64,000 nucleotides of DNA from Rickettsiales bacterium (GTDB lineage: Bacteria > Pseudomonadota > Alphaproteobacteria > Rickettsiales > UBA998): NCBI GenBank assembly GCA_965248995.1, contig CBDFKY010000006.1:101729-165728 (forward strand). The letters are read 5' to 3'. The position numbers were made by a program, and so were the translations under genes. Under the pieces are notes generated by a model. The model had not been told where the DNA came from, did not search any database, and saw nothing but the letters and a program-made list of their open reading frames with translations. Below are positions 18,554 to 26,398 of this stretch, piece after piece. Positions within the stretch are counted from its first letter, which is position 1. Each line of letters starts with the position of its first letter.

Positions 18554-18736
18554 AGTGCCTATTGCATAAGCGTTACAAAAGCTACCTCCTTTGGAAAATT
18601 CTCCCGTCCCGAGATGATCAATCCAAAAAAGGTTCGGTCATCTTAGCAAAAAGCATTGTCAAGTTTGTTTTAGGAAAAATTAAAAGAGATGAATGCGCTG
18701 GACTGGCGCTGCTCAAATGTCAAGGTCATGACACGA

Positions 18737-18853
18737 TATAGTCATTCCGATTAAAAACCGTACGGTTTTTGTCGGATAAAATGACTATAACCATATATTT
18801 TATAGTGTTTTTATCCGAAAATTTCCGTACGGAAATTATTCGGAAACACTATA
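18737..18853. repeat. 117-bp tandem double-hairpin repeat, copy 2
   Basis: Same orientation as 188-304, with 6 differences. These include a compensatory T:A to C:G change in the inner stem of module B. Confidence 0.9.
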
Positions 18854-18916
18854 GTAGCGGAGATCGAGGAACTTTTCATCGCGATAAGCGAACTGCCTTA
18901 GAAAACTTTCTGTTTT

Positions 18917-18951
18917 GACCGCTGGCCTTGCATGGCAAGCGGTCTTTTTTT
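18917..18951 (+). terminator. rho-independent terminator-like hairpin with no ORF directly upstream
   Basis: GACCGCT-GGCC-TTGCAT-GGC-A-AGCGGTC stem followed by T8 (18945-18951). Confidence 0.5.
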
Positions 18952-19075
18952 CTGCGATTTTTCAAACTTTGCAGGGGTATCTTATTCTCCACATCGTTCA
19001 TGATATGGCTATCACCCATCTACGAGGTTGAGCGTCCAGTCCGCTGGATATAAAGTCAAGAGCCCCGGTTCGCTA

Positions 19076-19133
19076 CTGAAAAACCATTTAATTCCTTGCC
19101 GATTTGAATACAGCAGTTAAAACCGTTTCCATG
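19076..19133. repeat. cysE 5' region, functional copy of the duplicated segment
   Basis: Aligns with 17931-18000. Its terminal ATG (19131) is the likely cysE start. Confidence 0.75.
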
Positions 19134-19646
19134 TTCACCCGCATGAAGGAAGATATTGCCACGTTCCTGGAGCGTGACCCCGCCGCCCGCAGCCGTCTCG
19201 AAGTCATGCTCTGTTACGCCGGGCTGCATGCCGTCTGGCTGCACCGCATCGCGCATTTCCTGTGGAGGCGGCGGTTGAAACTGGCGGCGCGCATCGTCTC
19301 CCATCTTGCCCGTTTTTTGACGGGCATCGAAATCCATCCGGCGGCGACGCTCGGGCGAAGGCTGCTGATCGACCACGGCATGGGGATCGTCATCGGCGAG
19401 ACCGCTGAAGTGGGGGATGACGTCACCATGTATCACGGGGTGACGCTCGGCGGGGTTTCGCTGCATAAGGTGCGACGTCATCCCCGCATCGGCGACCGGG
19501 TGGTCATGGGCGCTGGCGCCAAGATTCTGGGCGCGATCACGGTAGGTAACGATGCGCGGATCGGCGCGAACGCCGTCGTCACGCGGGACGTGGAACAGGG
19601 CGCGACGATGGTCGGTATTCCCGCGATGATGGTGACAAAAGAGTGA
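19131..19646 (+). CDS. cysE: serine O-acetyltransferase (short form)
   Basis: [25 protein letters not shown]... plus hexapeptide repeats ([29 protein letters not shown]). The listed ORF starts at 19104, but the ATG at 19131 fits the family N-terminus. Confidence 0.88.
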   Translation: MFTRMKEDIATFLERDPAARSRLEVMLCYAGLHAVWLHRIAHFLWRRRLKLAARIVSHLARFLTGIEIHPAATLGRRLLIDHGMGIVIGETAEVGDDVTMYHGVTLGGVSLHKVRRHPRIGDRVVMGAGAKILGAITVGNDARIGANAVVTRDVEQGATMVGIPAMMVTKE

Positions 19647-19748
19647 CAAAGCGTCTCGCTTGAAACCGGCCGTTATCGGGGATTGCGGAATGAGCTTCCA
19701 AGAAGGGTTCATTTTTCTGTTCAGATAGGGTATAAAGAAAGCGTAAAT

Positions 19749-22700
19749 ATGGCGACGCTCCCTTCTGCCCTCTTTCGTCAGCGACTGCTGGTATCCTGCG
19801 CTATGCTGGCGTGCGGTGCGGGAATCGCTATGCCTGCCCCTGCTGCTGCCGCCAACATGGCCGCGCAGCTTCGGAAGGATTTCGCCCGTCTCACCTTGAA
19901 CGGAGCGGACGGCGCGAAAATGAAACCCTCCGCGAACGGGCGGGACGTGATCATCGAGTTCAATCAGCCGGTGCCGGTGACCATCGACGGGATCACGCAG
20001 AATCTGAAACCCTATATCCTTAATGCCCGCCAGTCGCCCGACCAGCGACAGGTGATCCTCACCATGCAGGACGATTATCCGATCCGCAGTTTCATCAGCG
20101 GCACTACGAGCGGGGTGGATATCCTGTTCAAGGGAAGGCCGAAGCCCGAGCGCGTGGTGACGGACAAGACACCCCTGCCTTCCACAACGCATCTTAACCC
20201 GTCAAAAGGGGTCGACGTCAAAGACTCGATACTGACTACATACAAAGGCGGGAAAAACAGCGTTTTCTCCACCCAACCATCCAATCCGGCGCTTAAGGTG
20301 GCAGAAACATCCGCTGTTCCTTCCGTGCCGCTGCTGACGAAGCAGCCGGTACAAACCCCATCTTCCGCGCCACGGCCAGAGCCAAAAGCGCCGAAGGTCA
20401 TCACCACCAAAGCTCCGGGTGTGGAAAAAGGGAGCCGGAAAAAAGAGTCGATACTGCAGACGAAGCCGGTTGCAAAGGCAGAGCCAAAACAGACCATTAC
20501 CGCGCTCGGCAAGCAGATTGCCGCCATTCCCATTCCCGTGAAGAAGCCCGAAATGCAAGAATCTGTCAAGACGGCGCAGGCTGCGCCGCCAGTTCTGCCT
20601 GAAAACACACCGATTCCGGCACCAGCCGCACCCAGGGCAAATCCGTTGCCGGAAGCGATTCCGGTGGTTCCGGAACCCACTTTGTCCACCAGGGAGGAAA
20701 AGGAACAGGCGGCGCAAGCGCGGATCAGCGCCCTGATGAACAGCCATCCGCTGGTGGTGGGATTGAAAGGCGGGCCGGTCGACGCGCAGCTTTTCTTTCC
20801 GTTCAACGAGCGTACCGCGGCGGCGAGCTTTACGCTCGGCCATAATCTCTATGTCGTATTCAACAGCAAGCGGCAGATCGATATTAAAAACCTGACGACT
20901 ATTCTGCCGCGCTATTTGACCTCCGTTCAGCAGCTGCCTTCCGAGAAGGGCACAGTGCTGCGTTTCGTGACGGACGGGGAGGTGTACACCACCGCCAACC
21001 TGACCGGCAACGGCTATGAATGGGTGGTCGACGCGTCCCGCCGGCCGAAAATTCCCAAGATCACCACCCTTCCGAACGTGGTGAGTGCCCCGCCGCTACC
21101 CGCCCACGTGGAGCTGGAAATGGTGCAGATGGGCGACGTCATCACGGTAATTGACTCGGTGAGCGGTGACGACGTGGACGTGGTGCCGGGATATGAGGGC
21201 AATCACGGCGTGTTCCCGGAGCGTATCCTGCCGGACGCGACGGTGCTGCGTACCGGGCAGGGGATGGCGTATCTGCCGACGCGCCCGGATGTGCGCCTGA
21301 TGAAATTGCGCAGCGGTTTACGCCTGAGCGTACCCGGCGGGCTCGCCGTTTCTAAAAATCTGGCCGCGCTGCCCGCCGATGCGGCGCTGGCGGATCAGCA
21401 GCAGAGCTTCACGTTTTATCCCTATAGCCAGTGGAAGGCGGCGGATAATACCGATTTTTATGCGAAAGAGCGTGAGCTGTTCGCGGATATCAGCACGGCG
21501 GACAGTAAGAAAGCGCCGCTGCTGCGGATGAAGCTGGCGGAACTGTATCTCTCGGAAGGGATGCATATGGAAGCGCTCGGCGTGCTGGACATCATCCATC
21601 AGGATACGCCGGATGTGTATGACGACTACCAGCTCTCGGCCTTGGCCGGAGCGGCGAATTTCATGATCGGGCGCTTCGATGCCGCAGCTCAGAATTTCAC
21701 CCACCCGACGGTGAAGGACGAGGAAGAAGCGAAAATGTGGCAGCGGATGCTGGAGGTGCTGGACGGGGCGGGGAAAAATTTCGATTACTTTACGTATAAC
21801 CAGCATTACATCCGGTTCTATCCGCCGGATATGCGCCGCCGCATCGCCCTGCTCGCCGCGGATAACGCCCTCGCGCAGGGGAAAATCGAGGCGGTGCAGA
21901 AGATTTTCGCAGGCCTGGCACAGGATAAGCTGACGGATTCGCTGGAAGGGTACAAACAGTATATGTTGGGGCGGATTTATGCCGAGGCCGGAAAATTCGA
22001 CAAGGCGGAAGAGAAACTGAAACCGCTGATCGACAATCCCGAGGACCGCTTTCTGCGGGCCCGCGCCGCATTCACGCTGGCGACCTCGAAATATAAAGCG
22101 GGGTTGATCGACCGGCCGGCGCTGATCGCCGCGCTGGAGCCACTGCGCTATGTCTGGCGGGGGGATGCGTTCGAGCTGAACCTGCTCAACCTGCTGGGTG
22201 AACTGTATGCCAATAACGGACAGTATCTGGATGCCCTGCGCGCCTGGAACGATGCAGTGACGTACTACCCGGATACCGCCGTGGCGCGTGACGCCAGCGG
22301 TAGGATGGCGGCGGCGTTCGTCTCCCTGTTTAATGAGGGGAAGGCAAATAATCTCACCCCGCTCAGCGCGCTGGCGCTGTATTACGAGTTCCGGGACTTG
22401 ACGCCGCTCGGCCGCCCGGGGGACGTGATGATCCAGCACCTTGCCGACCGGCTGGCAGGCGTCGACCTGCTCGACCGCGCCGCCTCGCTGCTGCAGCATC
22501 AGGTGACCTACCGGCTGGAGAAAGAAGAGCGCAGCCGCGTCGGCGCGCGTCTGGCGCTGATCTACCTGCTCAACCGTGAGCCGGACAAGACGCTGGAGAC
22601 GCTGGAGTTGACCGGCTACGGCGACAATGGCGCGGACCTCAACCGTAAACGCAACCATCTGGCGGCGCTCGCCCAGGCCAAGCTCGGCAACTGGCAGCGG

Positions 22701-23117
22701 GCGCTGAATTTGCTGCGCGACGATTTCAGCCCGGAAGCGAAACTGATCCGCGCCGATATCTACTGGGACAACAAGGACTGGGACAACGTCGCCAAGTCGG
22801 TCGAGGATATCATGGCCAGCCGTAAGGATATCACGGCGCCGCTGAATGATGAGGAAACGCAGGCACTGCTCAAGATGGCGGTGGCATATACCTACCGGCA
22901 CGAGACCGACCAGCTGCAGTACCTGCGGGATTATTTCCTGCCGCTGGTCAAGGACAAGCAGCGGAAAGACACGCTGGATTTCATCACCTCCGGTATCGAT
23001 CCCGTCAACCGTAACACCATCGAGCGCCTAAGCGCGGAAATGGGCAAGATGAAAGGGTTTCTGGATAATTACAAGGTGAGCCTGAGTAAGGAAGGGCTTA
23101 GCAGCGTGATTGATTGA
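19749..23117 (+). CDS. large secreted TPR-repeat protein with proline-rich linker
   Basis: ATG at 19749 gives a signal-like N-terminus (LLVSCAMLACGAGIAMPAPAAAA). A Pro/Ala/Lys-rich spacer covers about aa 170-330. The C-terminal half is rich in TPR-like helical repeats. Confidence 0.8.
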   Translation: MATLPSALFRQRLLVSCAMLACGAGIAMPAPAAAANMAAQLRKDFARLTLNGADGAKMKPSANGRDVIIEFNQPVPVTIDGITQNLKPYILNARQSPDQRQVILTMQDDYPIRSFISGTTSGVDILFKGRPKPERVVTDKTPLPSTTHLNPSKGVDVKDSILTTYKGGKNSVFSTQPSNPALKVAETSAVPSVPLLTKQPVQTPSSAPRPEPKAPKVITTKAPGVEKGSRKKESILQTKPVAKAEPKQTITALGKQIAAIPIPVKKPEMQESVKTAQAAPPVLPENTPIPAPAAPRANPLPEAIPVVPEPTLSTREEKEQAAQARISALMNSHPLVVGLKGGPVDAQLFFPFNERTAAASFTLGHNLYVVFNSKRQIDIKNLTTILPRYLTSVQQLPSEKGTVLRFVTDGEVYTTANLTGNGYEWVVDASRRPKIPKITTLPNVVSAPPLPAHVELEMVQMGDVITVIDSVSGDDVDVVPGYEGNHGVFPERILPDATVLRTGQGMAYLPTRPDVRLMKLRSGLRLSVPGGLAVSKNLAALPADAALADQQQSFTFYPYSQWKAADNTDFYAKERELFADISTADSKKAPLLRMKLAELYLSEGMHMEALGVLDIIHQDTPDVYDDYQLSALAGAANFMIGRFDAAAQNFTHPTVKDEEEAKMWQRMLEVLDGAGKNFDYFTYNQHYIRFYPPDMRRRIALLAADNALAQGKIEAVQKIFAGLAQDKLTDSLEGYKQYMLGRIYAEAGKFDKAEEKLKPLIDNPEDRFLRARAAFTLATSKYKAGLIDRPALIAALEPLRYVWRGDAFELNLLNLLGELYANNGQYLDALRAWNDAVTYYPDTAVARDASGRMAAAFVSLFNEGKANNLTPLSALALYYEFRDLTPLGRPGDVMIQHLADRLAGVDLLDRAASLLQHQVTYRLEKEERSRVGARLALIYLLNREPDKTLETLELTGYGDNGADLNRKRNHLAALAQAKLGNWQRALNLLRDDFSPEAKLIRADIYWDNKDWDNVAKSVEDIMASRKDITAPLNDEETQALLKMAVAYTYRHETDQLQYLRDYFLPLVKDKQRKDTLDFITSGIDPVNRNTIERLSAEMGKMKGFLDNYKVSLSKEGLSSVID

Positions 23118-23148
23118 AAGCTGTAAATCCTGCTTTGGTTCATTCGTC

Positions 23149-24054
23149 ATGTATTTTTCACAAGAAGATATTTTACAGTTCAAAGAAGGGTGGATTCTTA
23201 TGAATCACCAATACGAGCAGCTCAAGTTTTCATGGTCATGGGCTCAATTTCAAACAGAAAAAGGGAAAGAATACGCTCTGCATGGATTCTCTAGAAGAAT
23301 AAGTACGCTCAAAAGATGCATTGACAATATCTTCGCTATCTTTCCGCCGGAAAAGCGTGAAAAATTGAATAGCGAAGAAATGAAAGACGTGGAAATCAAT
23401 CTGCAAGCGTTCTTCCTAAACATATTCGGCTGTCTGGATAATTTGATATGGGTATGGGTATTTGAGAAGAACGTAACTGATAAAAAAGGAAACTTTCTCG
23501 GAAGCGTGGATCGTAACAGGGCGTTGACGTATAGACATAAGGTTGCTTATCCGGATTTGAGCAAACAAAATGTTGATCAGTTTGTTTACAATTCCCTGCC
23601 TGATAGTTTGCAGGAAGAGGTTGCAAAAACCCAGACTTGGTTTCAGGCGCTTAAGATATTTCGGGATTCTTTAGCCCACCGCGTTCCTCTCTACGTTCCC
23701 AAGGTACATACGCCGGAGACGCAAGAACGGGAACGGCAACTGATGGCCGAGCGCAACTTTTTATATCAGGAAATAGAGTCGCTCAATGCGGCGTGGCGTG
23801 AAACATGCTCGCAAAATTTGTTCAGCGGCGCAATAGGAAAGGAAGCGATTGAAGCACATAATCTTTTGCTTGATCCAAAACTTGACCGTTTGGAGCAAAT
23901 GAGAAGTGAGTTGGATACCACCGCTAACAACGGATATGCGATGTTCGCTTCATACAACGAATTTTCAAGAGGCATACAATTTCATGACCAATTATTTTCT
24001 TCGTTCGCCACTATTCATCTGTTAGCTACCAACTTTCTAAAAGAGATGGCCTAA
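23149..24054 (+). CDS. hypothetical protein with HEPN-like Rx4H motif (AT-rich islet)
   Basis: About 301 aa from the ATG at 23149. Helical protein. FRDSLAHR contains R-x4-H. AT-rich. Confidence 0.55.
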   Translation: MYFSQEDILQFKEGWILMNHQYEQLKFSWSWAQFQTEKGKEYALHGFSRRISTLKRCIDNIFAIFPPEKREKLNSEEMKDVEINLQAFFLNIFGCLDNLIWVWVFEKNVTDKKGNFLGSVDRNRALTYRHKVAYPDLSKQNVDQFVYNSLPDSLQEEVAKTQTWFQALKIFRDSLAHRVPLYVPKVHTPETQERERQLMAERNFLYQEIESLNAAWRETCSQNLFSGAIGKEAIEAHNLLLDPKLDRLEQMRSELDTTANNGYAMFASYNEFSRGIQFHDQLFSSFATIHLLATNFLKEMA

Positions 24055-24056
24055 TT

Positions 24057-24395
24057 TTGTACTTCCTGATCAAAACCTTTCTCACCGCACTGATCGTGGC
24101 GGGCACTTCCGAACTAGCGCGGCGTTCCACCCTGTTCGCGGCGGCGGTCGTATCCCTGCCGCTCACATCCATTCTGGCGTTCATCTGGTTATATCACGAT
24201 ACCGGGGACAAGCATAAGGTGGCGGAATTGTCCACCTCGATTTTCTGGCTGGTCATTCCCTCTTTGTTGTTCTTTCTGGCATTTCCCTGGCTGATCAAAA
24301 CGGGGCTCGGGTTCGCACCCGCCCTTCTTAGCGCCTGCGTTTTGATGGCGGCGGGGTATGCTGCATTCCTGTATTGTATGAAAACACATCCATGA
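24057..24395 (+). CDS. DUF3147-like small membrane protein
   Basis: 112 aa, four hydrophobic helices, TTG start. N-terminus MYFLIKTFLTALIVAGTSELARRS. Confidence 0.7.
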   Translation: MYFLIKTFLTALIVAGTSELARRSTLFAAAVVSLPLTSILAFIWLYHDTGDKHKVAELSTSIFWLVIPSLLFFLAFPWLIKTGLGFAPALLSACVLMAAGYAAFLYCMKTHP

Positions 24396-24417
24396 CCGCC
24401 ACTGAAACCGTTTCGCC
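24336..24417. repeat. ~82-bp junction repeat, copy A (intact DUF3147 3' end plus orphan ddpX-like start)
   Basis: Aligns with 25696-25777 at roughly four positions in five, by eye. The core GGCGGCGGGGTATGCTGC and CCATGACC are identical. Confidence 0.85.
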
Positions 24418-24420
24418 GAT

Positions 24421-24500
24421 CAATGAATCAGCAGGTTATCTTTCAGTACAGTATCCGAAAGATTCATGGTTCAAATATCTCCGGCATAAATTCAAACTTT
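24421..24500 (-). pseudogene. relic of a related toxin 3' end plus immunity 5' end
   Basis: 24464-24496 matches 24975-25007 (TCATGGTTCAAATATCTCCGG[C/T]ATAAATTCAAA). The minus strand reads ...KFEFMPEIFEP* and then an overlapping ATG giving MNLSDTVLKDNLLIH*. Compare DDFEFIPEIFEP* and MKQTQKLYIDNLLTYL in the intact pair. Confidence 0.7.
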
Positions 24501-24574
24501 ATTTCTCTTTTATAAAATCATATCCTAGGAAGGTTTGCGCTCAATTCCGGACATAGCACAGCCCTTTTTACGGG

Positions 24575-24979
24575 TTACTGTCCAGCTAACACGAATCTGA
24601 TTTCCGGCCCGGTTTTTAACCGGTCTTTACTCTGCAAAATCATATGGAGGGCTTGTAACGCTTTATTCCGAATATATTGCATCTGCGGGGTATCAATGAA
24701 CATTCTATCCGGCATATCCTGTTTGGTGACATCAATAAGGTCTGATAATTCTTTAATCGCTTGGTCGGCCTGCGCATCGAAGATGGCCCATCCCTCGTTC
24801 ATCGCATCGCCAAGCCCGGTATCATCGAATACCATGCACACGCTTTCCGTATAGGAAATACACATGTCGCCTTGTTTGGCTCCCATTTCCCGCCATACCC
24901 GTTTTTGATAGTCATAGTCCGCCAAGTATGACAAGTAAGTAAGAAGATTGTCGATATATAATTTTTGTGTCTGTTTCAT
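24575..24979 (-). CDS. putative immunity protein of the cassette
   Basis: 134 aa, acidic. Its start overlaps the stop of the upstream gene (ATGA). No family recognised. Confidence 0.6.
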   Translation of the reverse strand: MKQTQKLYIDNLLTYLSYLADYDYQKRVWREMGAKQGDMCISYTESVCMVFDDTGLGDAMNEGWAIFDAQADQAIKELSDLIDVTKQDMPDRMFIDTPQMQYIRNKALQALHMILQSKDRLKTGPEIRFVLAGQ

Positions 24980-25617
24980 GGTTCAAATATCTCCGGTATA
25001 AATTCAAAATCATCGATGGGAATATGCGTCTCTTCCGGGCCTTTCCCCATTTTACCCGCTTTGTCCAGCCACTGGCCATTTTTCTTCCAGCGCACATAAG
25101 GCCCTTGTGAAATAGGGTATTCACTGTCAGGGTTGCCTTCCATCGTTCTGACTTCGTTATGTTTATTATAAGCGTCCGTATATCTGGTTCCTTTATCATT
25201 CTTTGCAGGATTTGTCATCCAATGATCGGGGATACCGTCCGGTTTAGGCAAGTCGGAATTCGCCGGATGGATGTCCCCCGTATCGTCCATAATCATGCCG
25301 GGATCATCACCGGCATCGCCCAACTCCGTGCCGGAATCATCGGCATGGAGCACGCCGGTGCCTGAGGCGTTGCCGCCTCCGCTTGTCCATTGTCCGCCGC
25401 CGTGGCCGCCCGCCGGAACGCGGGGTTGATCGGGATCGTACTTATACCCCAGCGTCGCTTCGATGGCCTGCAATCGCGATTCTGCCTGTTGCACTTCATG
25501 ATAAAGACGGGCGAGGACCGTTTTTTGTTCCGGCGGGTCCGGGGTATGCGCACGGTGCAGATGCGCATAATGACGACGGTTCGCTTCCAGTATCTTTTGC
25601 AGATTATCGTGATGCAT
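24976..25617 (-). CDS. putative polymorphic-toxin-like protein
   Basis: 213 aa. Helical N-terminus, Gly-rich linker PRVPAGGHGGGQWTSGGG, acidic spacer, then a basic C-terminal ~100 aa (GTRYTDAYNKHNEVR...PYVRWKKNGQWLDKAGK...ETHIPIDDF). Confidence 0.6.
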   Translation of the reverse strand: MHHDNLQKILEANRRHYAHLHRAHTPDPPEQKTVLARLYHEVQQAESRLQAIEATLGYKYDPDQPRVPAGGHGGGQWTSGGGNASGTGVLHADDSGTELGDAGDDPGMIMDDTGDIHPANSDLPKPDGIPDHWMTNPAKNDKGTRYTDAYNKHNEVRTMEGNPDSEYPISQGPYVRWKKNGQWLDKAGKMGKGPEETHIPIDDFEFIPEIFEP

Positions 25618-25695
25618 CCGTACTTCCTGAAAAAAATACCTCTATCGCGGCACGGTCATGTGCCGGAAGGGACGGTTTTCGCGCGCATCAACGCT

Positions 25696-25777
25696 TGCGT
25701 TTTGAGGGCGGCGGGGTATGCTGCGTTTCCGTATCGTATGAAACCGCACCCATGACCCTCGTTGAAATCAGCCCGCC
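25696..25777. repeat. ~82-bp junction repeat, copy B (relic DUF3147 3' end plus real ddpX start)
   Basis: Translates as ...ACVLRAAGYAAFPYRMKPHP*, against ...ACVLMAAGYAAFLYCMKTHP* in the intact gene. Confidence 0.85.
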
Positions 25778-26333
25778 GGACTATCCCGTCCTGATCGATA
25801 TCGCCTACGCCACCGCGAGGAATTTCACCGGTGCCCCGGTCTATGCCCGCCCCGGCTGCTACCTGCATGAAGGGGCGGCGGACTGCCTGAAGCAGGCGAT
25901 CTATTATGCCGCCGAGATCGGGTACCGTTTCAAGGTTTTCGACGCGTACCGTCCGGCGGAAGCGCAGTATATTTTGTGGGAACATACGCCGGACCCCAAT
26001 TTTCTCGCCCATCCGGAGCGGGGGTCGCCTCATTCACGCGGGGTGGCGGTGGATCTCACCCTGATCGACGCGGCGGGAAATGAGCTGGACATGGGAACGC
26101 CGTTCGACAGTTTCGTGCATCTCTCGCATCACGGCGCTTCGGGGATTTCACCGCAGGCCGCCCGTAACCGGCTGATGCTGCTCGGTATCATGACTTCCGC
26201 CGGGTTCGATTTCTACCGTAATGAATGGTGGCATTACCAGTTGTTCAACAGCCGAAATTATCCGCTGATCTATGATCGCGATACGCATCTCGGCATGATG
26301 AAGCCGGATCCCGCGCAGAGCCGTTCCGCCTGA
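25752..26333 (+). CDS. ddpX: D-alanyl-D-alanine dipeptidase (VanX/DdpX family)
   Basis: 193 aa from the internal ATG of listed ORF 25383..26333. FDAYRP, SPHSRGVAVDLTL and WWHY motifs. Confidence 0.88.
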   Translation: MTLVEISPPDYPVLIDIAYATARNFTGAPVYARPGCYLHEGAADCLKQAIYYAAEIGYRFKVFDAYRPAEAQYILWEHTPDPNFLAHPERGSPHSRGVAVDLTLIDAAGNELDMGTPFDSFVHLSHHGASGISPQAARNRLMLLGIMTSAGFDFYRNEWWHYQLFNSRNYPLIYDRDTHLGMMKPDPAQSRSA

Positions 26334-26398
26334 CGTTTCATGCCTTATCGTCTTCGTCCCTGCAGGATGTTTCCGATTCGGGTCTCGCAGGGCAATCT

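Noticed and set aside
19056-20192. 378-aa minus-strand ORF
   Set aside because: It is antisense to cysE and to the start of the TPR gene. Arg/His-rich shadow ORF.
21318-22901. 527-aa minus-strand ORF
   Set aside because: It is antisense to the well-supported TPR protein gene. The Arg/Gln/Leu-rich, low-complexity translation is typical of shadow ORFs in GC-rich DNA.
25383-25751. Upstream extension of the ddpX ORF
   Set aside because: It overlaps the toxin-like gene on the opposite strand and the relic DUF3147 end. DdpX-family proteins are ~190 aa, matching a start at 25752.
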